Origin: an uncultured cyanobacterium
GTDB taxonomy: Bacteria > Cyanobacteriota > Cyanobacteriia > Pseudanabaenales > Pseudanabaenaceae
Direction of reading: 5' to 3'
Length of the DNA stretch: 64,000 nt
Assembly: GCA_963703315.1 (NCBI GenBank)
Contig: OY969811.1
Span: 1,472,001 to 1,536,000, forward strand
Every line of letters begins with the position of its first letter. Positions within the stretch are counted from its first letter, which is position 1. Below, one piece after another: positions 28,375-37,989 of this stretch. Below the pieces are notes generated by a model. The model saw nothing but the letters and a program-made list of their open reading frames with translations, had not been told where the DNA came from and ran no database searches. The position numbers were made by a program, and so were the translations under genes.

Positions 28375-29967
28375 GCTAACTACAAGATTTAAGGCGATCG
28401 CATCTTTAATACGCTGAATCACAAAATCTTTGTCTAAATAGGAAAGCAAACTACCAGCCTTAGGTCCACGCTCTTTATTTAAGAACGTGTAGTAGACTGC
28501 TGCAAAGGCATTCTTCTGAGAAATTTCCACTTGCTTGGAAGTACTAAACAATAGAGTTTGCAGTTCTTCACCTTCCCAATTAAGATCACCAGCGAGATTA
28601 GTTGCTAATGCTTTCAGATAAGTTACTTGCTCGGCGGTGAGGGTTTTTGCTTTTTCAGGAATCGAGTCGAGATAGAGAACTAGTTTTTCTTCTTCATCGG
28701 CATAGTCTTGCAGCCATTTCTTACCAACACGAATGCGATCGCGTACCACTTCCCAGTCGCGATCGCTGAGTGGATTCGCACTTCTAGCCACAATTTCGGC
28801 TTCAAGATCGAGGTGAGGGATTTGTAATAAAGAAATCAAGGTGCTGAAGTCAAAAGCTTGATAACCTTCCACTTTCTCATCCAGATTCAATTGCGAATAA
28901 ATGAGAGGTACTAATTCTTCTTGAGCCTTCTCATCTTTGACCGTATCTGCTTGATATTTATCAATCAAAGTGTCGTAGTCACGGAACAGGCGTGTCACTG
29001 TCTCATAGTTAGGCATGAAATTAATCACGCTACGAGGCTGTGTCCGCAACATCAAGAAGCGTAGTAATTCAGGTGGTAACAGATCCGCAATTTCTTTCGC
29101 ACTAGAACCAACACCTTTAGAAGAACTCATCTTGGTTCCATTTACCAAGATAAACTCGTAAGGTGCATGGGTGGGTGGATTCTTCTTCAAAACTTTGCGG
29201 CAAATGGAATTAGCGACATCACGGGAACCACCTTTTTGAGAGTGATCCTTACCAGCGAGTTCAATCGACACGCCAACAACTTCCCATTTAGCAACCCATT
29301 CCACTTTCCAAGGCAATTTACCATTACCATCAAAGGGTGACATCCAACCTGTATGACCGCAACCCTTGACATATTCCATTGCATTGGGTTGACAGGTGTA
29401 GAACACTTTGCCATCTTGGTAATCAGTGACAACTGTAGTTGCGATTTTGCCGCAGTTCTCGCAAATGGTTTGGAAAGGATACCAATTTGAGGGGCGATCG
29501 GCTTTGCTGATTTCTTTATAGGATTCGCGGACGAGATGAGCGTTATTTAAGAACAAATCAATGTATGAGTTCATTTTGCCAGAACGATAGAGATCGCGCA
29601 GGTAATAAATTTCGGGACGCACACCTAAATGCTCGAATACTTCCAGAAATTCGCCCATGAAGTATTTGGCGTAATCAGTGGCTACTGTCTCATCAGGTGA
29701 AGGAACATTGCAGAGAGGCTGTCCTAGATAGGGTGCAAATTTGGCTTGATCTAAATAATGGGGTACGGTGTCGAGTGCGTCATAGTCATCAACACCGTAG
29801 GTAAAGGTAACGGGTTTACCTGCGTGTTTGAGGGCGCGATAGATCGCATCGTGAATCACAACCCCGCGCAAAGAGCCGACATGGACGCGCCCAGAGGGGG
29901 TTTTGGAGTCGTTAACTATAATGCGATCGCCGCTTGCATCTGCTGCAAATTTATCCGCCCAAAACAT
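28372..29967 (-). CDS. lysK: Lysyl-tRNA synthetase, class I (LysRS1)
   Basis: Start MFWADK; TPSGRVHVGS (HIGH-like), DDYD, CxxC, GKLPWKVEW, GKDH, KMSSSKG (KMSKS-like), GPKAG. Confidence 0.93.
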   Translation of the reverse strand: MFWADKFAADASGDRIIVNDSKTPSGRVHVGSLRGVVIHDAIYRALKHAGKPVTFTYGVDDYDALDTVPHYLDQAKFAPYLGQPLCNVPSPDETVATDYAKYFMGEFLEVFEHLGVRPEIYYLRDLYRSGKMNSYIDLFLNNAHLVRESYKEISKADRPSNWYPFQTICENCGKIATTVVTDYQDGKVFYTCQPNAMEYVKGCGHTGWMSPFDGNGKLPWKVEWVAKWEVVGVSIELAGKDHSQKGGSRDVANSICRKVLKKNPPTHAPYEFILVNGTKMSSSKGVGSSAKEIADLLPPELLRFLMLRTQPRSVINFMPNYETVTRLFRDYDTLIDKYQADTVKDEKAQEELVPLIYSQLNLDEKVEGYQAFDFSTLISLLQIPHLDLEAEIVARSANPLSDRDWEVVRDRIRVGKKWLQDYADEEEKLVLYLDSIPEKAKTLTAEQVTYLKALATNLAGDLNWEGEELQTLLFSTSKQVEISQKNAFAAVYYTFLNKERGPKAGSLLSYLDKDFVIQRIKDAIALNLVVS

Positions 29968-30185
29968 AGTGGTAATTATCCGAAAGTCTTTCAAAAGTAT
30001 AAGTGTGGCGCGTAAATTTGCCTATTTAGAAAATTTTGCGCCTTATCTAGTCTAACAGGATTAAATTTTTTCTGACTCCAAATTTTTTCGATCTATAGCT
30101 TTTAAGAGTTGTGAGAGGCTCACAACTCATTTCGGATGGCTTTAGCCCACTGAGATATAATTTAAAGTAGTTCACTTGCTAAGAG

Positions 30186-30794
30186 TTGTATATGCTAGAC
30201 AAACGCGACTATACCCTGATCATCGATAAAAGTGGCAGTATGTCAAACACTGACAGAGGCACTAATAAAAGTCGATGGGAAACGGTCAAGGAATCTACGC
30301 TTGCCCTTGCTCGTAAATGCGATCAGCTAGATGCAGACGGGATTACAGTATATTTATTTTCAGGAAAATTCAAGCGTTATGATAATGTCTCGGCAACCAA
30401 AGTCGAGCAGATTTTCCAAGAAAACGATCCGATGGGTGGCACGAATTTGACCGCAGTTTTGCAAGATGCGATTAACAATTTCTTTCAACGTAAAAAAGCT
30501 GGTCAAATTAAATCAGGGGAAACAATTCTGGTGATTACGGATGGAGAGCCAGACGATCGCCGTTCTGTGTTTGAAGTCATTATCGAAGCTACGCGAAAGT
30601 TAAGTTCTGATGCGGAACTTGCTATCTCCTTCATTCAAGTTGGTTCTGATGCCAATGCTACTGATTTCCTCAAGGCTCTAGATGATAAGTTACAGAGTAT
30701 CGGTGCAAATTTTGATATTGTTGACACGATTACTTTGGGTGACATGGAAGATATGACGCTTTCAGAAGTGTTGTTGAGTGCAGTTAATGATTAG
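30186..30794 (+). CDS. VWA domain protein (likely start 30192)
   Basis: MIDAS DKSGSM, GGTNL, VITDGEP, SFIQVG. Confidence 0.9.
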   Translation: MYMLDKRDYTLIIDKSGSMSNTDRGTNKSRWETVKESTLALARKCDQLDADGITVYLFSGKFKRYDNVSATKVEQIFQENDPMGGTNLTAVLQDAINNFFQRKKAGQIKSGETILVITDGEPDDRRSVFEVIIEATRKLSSDAELAISFIQVGSDANATDFLKALDDKLQSIGANFDIVDTITLGDMEDMTLSEVLLSAVND

Positions 30795-30820
30795 GTTTTG
30801 ACTCTTTAGGAATCACTCAA

Positions 30821-30937
30821 TAGCCCTGTAATAAATTACGGGCTAACAGCTTAAACCCGTTGAAACGGGTTAATCATAGCAACTCTTTAGTCTGCTTTAG
30901 CCGACTTTAGCTTTGAGCCAAGAACTTTAGTTCTTGG
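30821..30937. repeat. REP-like four-hairpin cluster
   Basis: TAGCCCTGTAAT-AA-ATTACGGGCTA; AACCCGTT-GA-AACGGGTT; degenerate TAGTC...GACT; CCAAGAACT-TT-AGTTCTTGG. Confidence 0.65.
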
Positions 30938-30997
30938 AGTTGCGTAATTGCTATTTTTATAGAGTTGTCAATATTGAAGATGAGATAGATAAATTCA

Positions 30998-31432
30998 ATG
31001 GAATCTCTTGAGTCCATTCTTACGGATCTGCATGGTAAATACAAAGATCCTGATGAGGCTAAACCCAATGCTGCTAAGCCGAATGATGCTGAGCAGGTAA
31101 GCGCGAGTTTACCAAATCAACCGATCGCATTGTCTAGTCCTGCTTCTAGTTCTCTTGATCAGTTGTTAAATGATTTGCGGAGTGGTTCGCCAAGTTCTCC
31201 GCTTACCACTTCTGAAGTTATGCCCCAACAGTCAATACCTGCAATTAATCACGATTTACAACAGGTAGCGGAGCAACAAAAAGCCAAAGATCAACAGGCG
31301 ATCGCCAAACAAGCGACGGAATGGCTCAATCAACTTGATCTGCTAGGTGGTGAAGGTTTATGGTTTGAGGAATTTGCAAAAAATTATCCTTCTCGTTTAG
31401 AAGCCGCGATCGCCTTACTTCAGTCCCATTAA
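30998..31432 (+). CDS. Conserved cyanobacterial hypothetical protein (Slr1339-like)
   Basis: C-terminal A.EWL..LD...GEGLWFEEFA..YPSRLEAAI. Confidence 0.75.
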   Translation: MESLESILTDLHGKYKDPDEAKPNAAKPNDAEQVSASLPNQPIALSSPASSSLDQLLNDLRSGSPSSPLTTSEVMPQQSIPAINHDLQQVAEQQKAKDQQAIAKQATEWLNQLDLLGGEGLWFEEFAKNYPSRLEAAIALLQSH

Positions 31433-31498
31433 CCTTACACAAGTCTTGCAAAGCAAGGTTTTTGTGAGGTTTATACATTAATCAAATGACTAAATTTT

Positions 31499-32287
31499 AT
31501 GCATATCTATCGTCTAGCCGTTTTAAGTGATAACTACGTTTTTGTTCTCCATGATCCTGACAAAAATATCGCGGCAGTGGTTGATCCTGCGGTATCTGAG
31601 CCAGTCTTAGCAAAATTAGAAGAATTAGGTGCAGATTTAGTTGCAATTTTTAATACGCATCATCATAGCGATCATATTGGTGGTAACTCGGCATTGATTA
31701 AGAAATTCCCCAATGCGGTTGTCTATGGTGGTGAAAAGGATCGCGATCGCATTCCCCATCAGCAAGTATTTTTAAAAGGAGGCGATCGCGTGAGTTTTGG
31801 AGATCGGCAAGCTCAAGTATTTTTTGTTCCTGGTCACACCTACGCCCATATTGCCTATTATTTTGAGCCAGTTTCTGATCCAATGGGTGATCAAGGTGGT
31901 GAATTATTCTGTGGTGATACTTTGTTTGCAGGGGGCTGCGGTAGATTGTTTGAAGGTACGCCCGCGCAAATGCTCAACTCGATCGACCAATTGCGCCAAT
32001 TGCCAGATGATACCCGTGTTTGGTGCGCCCATGAGTACACTTTAGGTAATCTCAAATTTGCGTTGACTGTCGAAGCTGATAACCCTGACTTACAGGAACG
32101 GATGGTCACCGCTAGTGCGATGCGTCAAAGGGGCGAGGCGACAGTACCTACTACGATTGGTCTGGAAAAGCGGACAAATCCATTTATGCGCTGGGATGTG
32201 CCTGCGATTCAGAGATCGGCAGGTATTGATATTCCCGATCGCGTATTTGCTAAAATTCGCGGTCAGAAAGATAACTTTGCTGGTTAA
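31499..32287 (+). CDS. gloB: Hydroxyacylglutathione hydrolase (glyoxalase II)
   Basis: THHHSDH, PGHT, GDTLF.GGCG, CAHEYT, EK.TNPF. Confidence 0.95.
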   Translation: MHIYRLAVLSDNYVFVLHDPDKNIAAVVDPAVSEPVLAKLEELGADLVAIFNTHHHSDHIGGNSALIKKFPNAVVYGGEKDRDRIPHQQVFLKGGDRVSFGDRQAQVFFVPGHTYAHIAYYFEPVSDPMGDQGGELFCGDTLFAGGCGRLFEGTPAQMLNSIDQLRQLPDDTRVWCAHEYTLGNLKFALTVEADNPDLQERMVTASAMRQRGEATVPTTIGLEKRTNPFMRWDVPAIQRSAGIDIPDRVFAKIRGQKDNFAG

Positions 32288-32306
32288 TCACCTTAAAACG
32301 ATATTG

Positions 32307-32339
32307 AGCTAGTTGCGGCGCGATGCGCCGCAACTAGCT
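32307..32339. repeat. GC-core palindrome followed by a T-run (gloB terminator)
   Basis: AGCTAGTTGCGGCGC-GAT-GCGCCGCAACTAGCT-TTTTT. Confidence 0.8.
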
Positions 32340-32352
32340 TTTTTGGTTTTGC

Positions 32353-32393
32353 AATAAAAAAGATCCTCTTTTGCAAAGAGGATCTTTTTTATT
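32353..32393. terminator. Bidirectional intrinsic terminator downstream of tRNA-Gln
   Basis: AATAAAAAAGATCCTCTTT-TGC-AAAGAGGATCTTTTTTATT. Confidence 0.75.
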
Positions 32394-32403
32394 ATTTTAT
32401 TAA

Positions 32404-32475
32404 CTGGGGTGCAAGGATTCGAACCTCGGAATGTCTGGACCAAAACCAGATGCCTTACCACTTGGCGACACCCCA
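32404..32475 (-). tRNA. trnQ: tRNA-Gln (anticodon UUG)
   Basis: TGGGGTGTCGCCAAGTGGTAAGGCATCTGGTT-TTG-GTCCAGACATTCCGAGGTTCGAATCCTTGCACCCCAG; full cloverleaf, CCA not encoded. Confidence 0.96.
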
Positions 32476-32585
32476 ATTTGTTTGGGTGCGTTTTACAAAT
32501 CTCTTTGTTTGCGCGGTAATTACTATAGCAAAGGTAGGTGTGGTTTTGTCAACATATTTTTAAAAAATCTACCAAGAGCATCACA

Positions 32586-32624
32586 AGAACAGAAGGGCGG
32601 TGCTTTGCGCCGCCCTTCTGTTCT
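32586..32624. repeat. GC-core palindrome overlapping the neighbouring stop codon
   Basis: AGAACAGAAGGGCGGTGC-TTT-GCGCCGCCCTTCTGTTCT. Confidence 0.85.
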
Positions 32625-35181
32625 AATTGTCTAAAAGTACGGAATCTTTAGATAGGGCAATTTGCAACTTACAGAAGCCATCAATGTGACTAGAAACTTC
32701 TTGCAAATGATGCTCAGCCCATGCTTGACCATTACTCACGGGCGTGTCAAACCCATTGGTAAATATATGCACAAGGGGATCGCCAGCATCAGGTAAAACT
32801 AAAAACCAATCGCGATCGCTATAAAACACCTTCACGCCATCAATGAGTTCCATCTTTTCACTACCATAGGACTCAACCAAGTGGCGCATGAGTGTACCTT
32901 TGATGCTCCAAGGACAGCGCACAATCTGTCGGCGAAAATGACAACGGGGTAGGTGGGTGCGTACCTGCGATAGCGATCGCTTTTGCAAGGTGATCCATTC
33001 CATAATTTTGGCAATGCTAAACATGGCATCAAACCCAGGGTGCAATTGCGGAAAAATAAAGCCCATTTCCGCAGAGCCGCCCAATACTACGCCCTCATGA
33101 CTCAGGCAAGTCCCCATCAAAGCAGTGGGATTTGCCTTTGTGCGAATCACTTTACCACCGTGTTTTTCGGCAATCAGTTCGACCATACCTGAAGCTGAGA
33201 CAGGCACAACTACGGTTCCGCCTGTTTGGGAAGTCAGCACCATTTCTACCATCAGTCCCGTTAACACTTCATCACGAATCGGCTTTCCTAATTCATCGAT
33301 CAAGATAAATTTTTCGCCATTGGCATACACCTGTACGCCGAAATTGGCTCTGACCGCTTTGACCACATCGGTTAGTTGGGTCAACATTTTTTCGCGATCG
33401 ATAGGGGCTGGCGCAATCTCATTGAGACTGGCATTGAGAACGACAACATCAGTACTAAATTTGCCTAAAATTCTTGGTAAGACTGCCCCTGCGACTGCGT
33501 AGACATAATCAATGACAATTTTTTTGCAATCGCTAAACCTTATTGCTTCTACGTCAATATTTTTGGCAAAGCCGCTATTGTAATAATCGAGTACACGGGT
33601 GGGATAGCTAATTTCGCCAATTTCCTCAATGCGGGCGCGACGAAAGTCTTCTTTAAAGAATGTCCCTTCAATTTTTTTCTCAGTAGCCTTGTTGATGTTA
33701 ATGCCATTGGAGTCGAGAAACTCAATCATCACACAGTCATTGCGATCGGGGTGTACACGTACATGAATGCCACCGACCACACCAAGACTAGGGGCAATAA
33801 ATCGCGAGATCGGGATAGCTGTAGCTTCAAGGTTTTCGACATTGATCCCGACAGACATTAATCCTGAAATTAGCGATCGCGTCAGCATTCGACAAATCGT
33901 GCGCTGATCTCGCGAAACCATCACATGGGAGTTGGGACGGAGAGTTGCACCATAAGCGGCTCCTAATTTCACGGCAAACTCAGGCGTGATATCGACATTG
34001 GCTAAGCCCGATACGCTATGTTGCCCAAACAAATTACGGGAAGCCATTGCCCCCCAAATCAAGTTAGTGGTGAGCGTTGCCCCTGCTTCAACGTGCTTAC
34101 TGGGCCAAATGCGGACATTTGGAAAAACTCTAGCTTCTTCGCCAATAACTGAGTTGGAACCAACTACGGCTCCTTCCATGACATGAACGCGACGACTAAT
34201 GCGAGCATTGCGGGCGATCGTGCAAGCCCAGAGATGACATTCTTCGCTAATCATGGCACTATTGCCAATAATCGGGCGTTGCAGGTCGCAGTCAGTACCA
34301 ATGGTGACGCGATCGCCAATAATTGTACCTGCGGAAATTTTGGTGCGATCGCCAATCGAACAATTACTACCAATCAAGACAGGCGGCTCGATTTGGACAG
34401 TGGGTGAAATCACCGTATGCTTGCCAATCCATAGTCCTGTGCGTAGCTGCACATAGTCTAAGTCCAGATGGACGCGCCCCCTGATTGCGTCATACTGCGC
34501 TTGTCGATATGCTTCTAGAGAGCCAATGTCGCACCAGTAACCATTGGCAATATAGCCATACATCGGTATGCCCTTGGCTAATAAGAGTGGAAATAAATCG
34601 GTAGAAAAATCACTGGGTTCGTTAGCGGGCAGAAAATCTAAAACTTCAGGTTCCAGAATATAAATACCTGTGTTAACGGTATCGGAAAAAACTTCACTCG
34701 TGGATGGCTTTTCTAAAAATCTTTGAATGCGATCGTCCTCATCGGTAATCACCACCCCAAAAGCCATCGGATCGCTGACTCTCCTTAAAATTAGAGTCGC
34801 CTGAGATTTTTTAGCGCGATGGAATTTGATAGCCGCAGTCAGGTCAAAATCCGTAATGCTATCGCCACTAATGACCATAAATGTACTGTCTAACAGGCTT
34901 TCGACGTTTTTGACACAGCCTGCTGTCCCTAATGGTTGATCTTCTTCAACCACGTACATCATATTTACGCCAAAATCGGAACCATCCCCGAAATGTTCAC
35001 GAATGACATCGGGTAAGTAATGTAATGTCGCAATTACTTCACGAATGCCGTGACGCTTCAATAAATTAAGAATATGCTCAGTAATCGGACGATTTAGCAC
35101 CGATACCATCGGTTTTGGCAAATCACAGGTAAGAGGACGTAGCCGCGTTCCCGATCCGCCTGCCATCAACACTGCGCGCAT
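32623..35181 (-). CDS. Mannose-1-phosphate guanylyltransferase / phosphohexomutase-like bifunctional protein
   Basis: MRAVLMAGGSGTRLRPLT..LPKP, hexapeptide repeats, C-terminal PGM/PMM-like domains. Confidence 0.9.
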   Translation of the reverse strand: MRAVLMAGGSGTRLRPLTCDLPKPMVSVLNRPITEHILNLLKRHGIREVIATLHYLPDVIREHFGDGSDFGVNMMYVVEEDQPLGTAGCVKNVESLLDSTFMVISGDSITDFDLTAAIKFHRAKKSQATLILRRVSDPMAFGVVITDEDDRIQRFLEKPSTSEVFSDTVNTGIYILEPEVLDFLPANEPSDFSTDLFPLLLAKGIPMYGYIANGYWCDIGSLEAYRQAQYDAIRGRVHLDLDYVQLRTGLWIGKHTVISPTVQIEPPVLIGSNCSIGDRTKISAGTIIGDRVTIGTDCDLQRPIIGNSAMISEECHLWACTIARNARISRRVHVMEGAVVGSNSVIGEEARVFPNVRIWPSKHVEAGATLTTNLIWGAMASRNLFGQHSVSGLANVDITPEFAVKLGAAYGATLRPNSHVMVSRDQRTICRMLTRSLISGLMSVGINVENLEATAIPISRFIAPSLGVVGGIHVRVHPDRNDCVMIEFLDSNGININKATEKKIEGTFFKEDFRRARIEEIGEISYPTRVLDYYNSGFAKNIDVEAIRFSDCKKIVIDYVYAVAGAVLPRILGKFSTDVVVLNASLNEIAPAPIDREKMLTQLTDVVKAVRANFGVQVYANGEKFILIDELGKPIRDEVLTGLMVEMVLTSQTGGTVVVPVSASGMVELIAEKHGGKVIRTKANPTALMGTCLSHEGVVLGGSAEMGFIFPQLHPGFDAMFSIAKIMEWITLQKRSLSQVRTHLPRCHFRRQIVRCPWSIKGTLMRHLVESYGSEKMELIDGVKVFYSDRDWFLVLPDAGDPLVHIFTNGFDTPVSNGQAWAEHHLQEVSSHIDGFCKLQIALSKDSVLLDN

Positions 35182-35240
35182 AGATCCTCCGAACCGTAAT
35201 AAGATTAGGGACTAGTATCGTTCAAATTCGCGATAAAACA

Positions 35241-35966
35241 ATGAAAATAAACCTTAATACTGAGGCTGATCCCCAAACAAATTTGGCAGACCAACTTATT
35301 GTAGCTTTGGATTTCCCTTCAGCGAGTGAAGCTTTAGATCTATGCGATCGCTTACCCCAAGTTGGTTTCTGGAAAGTAGGTCTGGAGCTATTTATCGCTG
35401 ATGGTAGTACGGTTTTGCAGGAGTTAAAAGCTCGTCATAAAAAGGTTTTTCTGGATTTAAAGCTTCACGATATCCCTAATACCGTTGCTTCCGCGACTCG
35501 CGTTGCCACGAAATATGGTGCTGATTTCCTCACAATTCATGCTGCTGGAGGCAAGGCAATGATGCAAGCAGCACAAGCTGAAGTACAGGGATCATCCACC
35601 CAGCTTTTAGCAGTGTCGCTCTTAACGAGCATTTCGGCTATAGAATTAAAATCAGATTTGCAAGTCCCCCTCGCAGTTTCTGAATATGTCTCTAAATTAG
35701 TATTCTTAGCTCAAGAAAGTGGATTGAGTGGAGCAGTTTGTTCGCCCCATGAAGTTGCTAATTTGCGATCGCAGTTGGGGGATGATTTCTGTTTTGTGAC
35801 TCCGGGGGTACGTCCCGCAGGTGCTGCCCTCGGTGATCAGAGTCGAGTGATGACTCCACAACAGGCGATCGCCGCAGGTGCCAATTATTTAGTAATTGGT
35901 AGACCGATTAACGCTGCACCTGATCCCGTTGCGGCTTGGGAACAAATTTGCCGAGAACTCAATTAA
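35241..35966 (+). CDS. pyrF: Orotidine-5'-phosphate decarboxylase
   Basis: IVALD, FLDLKLHDIPNTV, VTPGVR, LVIGRPI. Confidence 0.96.
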   Translation: MKINLNTEADPQTNLADQLIVALDFPSASEALDLCDRLPQVGFWKVGLELFIADGSTVLQELKARHKKVFLDLKLHDIPNTVASATRVATKYGADFLTIHAAGGKAMMQAAQAEVQGSSTQLLAVSLLTSISAIELKSDLQVPLAVSEYVSKLVFLAQESGLSGAVCSPHEVANLRSQLGDDFCFVTPGVRPAGAALGDQSRVMTPQQAIAAGANYLVIGRPINAAPDPVAAWEQICRELN

Positions 35967-35986
35967 AAAAAGCTCGCAATGCAAGG

Positions 35987-36023
35987 ATTTAGAGTGGCGG
36001 CGCAAAGCGCCGCCACTCTAAAT
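35987..36023. repeat. GC-core palindrome
   Basis: ATTTAGAGTGGCGGCGC-AAA-GCGCCGCCACTCTAAAT. Confidence 0.9.
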
Positions 36024-36029
36024 ATTTTT

Positions 36030-36392
36030 TTAAATTGCGTGATTTTTGAGTTCATCCAGAGATACATACTTTAAAGCAGCTTCGTGAGTAGCAGCAAGAT
36101 CCACAGGTGGGGCAACTCCTGCATCCAAAGCTTCCTTCCATCGTGATGCACATAGACACCAGCGATCGCCCGATTTTAAGCCCACGAAATTAAACATTGG
36201 CGCAGGAGTCCTTAAATCATTACCTTGCGCTCTAGTGTAGTCCAGAAACTCATCCGTGACTTGGGCGCATACAACATGGACACCCAGATCTTGCGCTCCT
36301 GTTTGACAAAATCCATCCCGATAAAATCCTGTCACTGGCGAGGAACAACATAGCGCCAGATTTTCGCCTAAGACATTTTTGACTACTGCCAT
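36030..36392 (-). CDS. DUF2237 family protein
   Basis: NVLG..L..C...P.TGFYRDGFC, DRWCLCASRW.EA. Confidence 0.92.
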   Translation of the reverse strand: MAVVKNVLGENLALCCSSPVTGFYRDGFCQTGAQDLGVHVVCAQVTDEFLDYTRAQGNDLRTPAPMFNFVGLKSGDRWCLCASRWKEALDAGVAPPVDLAATHEAALKYVSLDELKNHAI

Positions 36393-36412
36393 AATTTTTA
36401 ATCTATTTTTGG

Positions 36413-36455
36413 ATAATTTAGAGGGGCAGCGCTTTGCGCTGCCCCTCTAAATTAT
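36413..36455. repeat. GC-core palindrome overlapping the def stop codon
   Basis: ATAATTTAGAGGGGCAGCGC-TTT-GCGCTGCCCCTCTAAATTAT. Confidence 0.9.
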
Positions 36456-37006
36456 TTATTGTTTAATTTATGGTACTCAGATTCTGTAACTAGATCTAAA
36501 TTGGTTTCCACACGATCCAAGAAGACTTTTCCTAGCAAATGATCGTATTCATGTTGAAAGATCCGCGCCACAAAATCAGTTAACTTTGTAATTTGGCGAT
36601 CGCCTTGACGATCTAGATATGCCACTTCGATTTCTCGGTAGCGTGGCACAAGTCCGCGAATCATTGGCACTGAGAGGCAACCTTCCCATCCCTTTTCGGT
36701 TTCCACTGAATGGGAAATGATTTCGGGATTAATCATCGCGGTTGGTTCCATTTGAGGAGCTTTGGGATAACGTTCATTAGGGTGAGACGCAATGATGATT
36801 AACTGAAGCGATCGCCCCACTTGAGGAGCCGCTAAACCTACGCCCTTACTTTGCTTGAGAGTAACTAGCATCTCATCAATTAACTTCTGAATTTGGCGAT
36901 CGCGCACATTCGCGATCGGCTGAGCCGTCTCCCGTAATGCAGAGTTACCAAGCTGATGAATAGTTAGTTTTTTGGTAAATATTTTGTCAATAGCTGAAAT
37001 CAACAT
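36452..37006 (-). CDS. def: Peptide deformylase
   Basis: GVGLAAPQVG, EGCLSV, QHEYDHL. Confidence 0.96.
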   Translation of the reverse strand: MLISAIDKIFTKKLTIHQLGNSALRETAQPIANVRDRQIQKLIDEMLVTLKQSKGVGLAAPQVGRSLQLIIIASHPNERYPKAPQMEPTAMINPEIISHSVETEKGWEGCLSVPMIRGLVPRYREIEVAYLDRQGDRQITKLTDFVARIFQHEYDHLLGKVFLDRVETNLDLVTESEYHKLNNK

Positions 37007-37087
37007 GAATACTTCTTCTTATATAGATTTTGGGGCAACCAGAGCTTATTGGCAAAAATCAGGAGAATTTGGACTCTCTACGACTCT

Positions 37088-37318
37088 TTACAAAGCTTTA
37101 GGATTAGCTTCGTAGGCAAGAATATCGATCAAAGCATCAGCTTCGGCAACGGCTAGACGAGCTTTTTGGTAATCATCTTCAAATTTTGTATTTGCGCTTG
37201 TATAGGCTTGCATGAGCAAAATTGCAAAGTATTCACGTTTAGTCAATCCTTCAACCAAACTATCAGTATCACGGTTATAACTTACAGGAAAGGCACTGTC
37301 AGTACGTCTAGTCGTCAT
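37088..37318 (-). CDS. Small hypothetical protein with a phage-like motif
   Basis: From ATG at 37318: MTTRRTDSAFP...GLTKREYFA...AVAEADALI. Confidence 0.65.
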   Translation of the reverse strand: MTTRRTDSAFPVSYNRDTDSLVEGLTKREYFAILLMQAYTSANTKFEDDYQKARLAVAEADALIDILAYEANPKAL

Positions 37319-37363
37319 AGATTGTTTTCCTAAAAATATCAAGGCACATTTTAACATCAACAT

Positions 37364-37497
37364 TAAGTACCTCGGCACATTAAAAAACAGATTTCAAACC
37401 TGTGGCGCACGCGCAGTGTACGCCAGAAGGTTGTGCCGCCCGCATAGTGGGCGGCACAACCTTCTGGTTTTGGGTTTTAACTATGCTCAGCTACTTA
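37364..37497. mobile_element. Chimeric family A/family B element
   Basis: Left half is family A up to GTACGCCA; right half is the family B core and right end. Confidence 0.75.
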
Positions 37498-37527
37498 ATA
37501 TATTAAAAATCTTATTTTTACTAACTA

Positions 37528-37917
37528 ATGTCAGATATTACTATTCCTCTGGCGATCGCATCAGGTGCAGTCCCCGGAGCCTTGTCGCGTTTTTACATTA
37601 CAGAATGGTCAAAGGCTAAATTTGGCACTAATTTTCCCTATGCCACCTTTGGAATTAACCTCACTGGTTGCTTAGCAATGGGCTTCTTTTTCACGATTTC
37701 TAAAGGAATCACAGGCTATCCCACCGAATTAGATTTATTAATTAGAACTGGATTTCTAGGTTCTTACACCACCTTCTCTACCTATGGCTTTGATACTTTG
37801 ACGCTATGTCGGAGCAAACAAACGGGTGCAACTGCTTTCTATTGGGCTGGAAGTGCAATTCTTGGTCTGTGTGCAGTGATTTTAGGAGTAGCGATCGCCA
37901 AACTTTTTGTCAAGTAA
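37528..37917 (+). CDS. crcB: Fluoride efflux channel Fluc/CrcB, copy 1
   Basis: GALSRF, FPYATF.IN, GFLGSYTTFST. Confidence 0.93.
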   Translation: MSDITIPLAIASGAVPGALSRFYITEWSKAKFGTNFPYATFGINLTGCLAMGFFFTISKGITGYPTELDLLIRTGFLGSYTTFSTYGFDTLTLCRSKQTGATAFYWAGSAILGLCAVILGVAIAKLFVK

Positions 37918-37927
37918 GCCAAACTTC

Positions 37928-37969
37928 AATTCGTAATTCGTAATTTGTAATTTGTAATTTATAATTCTC
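37928..37969 (+). repeat. Heptamer short tandem repeat (AATT(C/T)GT-like, about 6 units)
   Basis: AATTCGT AATTCGT AATTTGT AATTTGT AATTTAT AATTCTC. Confidence 0.8.
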
Positions 37970-37989
37970 AACTCTCAGGTCAAGTAACA

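Noticed and set aside
28195..28392. Short ORFs read through palindromic elements (also 3342-3545, 37416-37619, 45473-45697, 62306-62488)
   Set aside because: They translate repeat cores (e.g. ELRR..PQL) and have no independent coding signal
32431..32634. 67-aa ORF on the + strand
   Set aside because: Antisense to tRNA-Gln and overlaps a palindrome; spurious
37320..37527. Fluoride riboswitch upstream of crcB
   Set aside because: No GGCGATGG..TTCGCC-type motif visible; the region is occupied by the chimeric element
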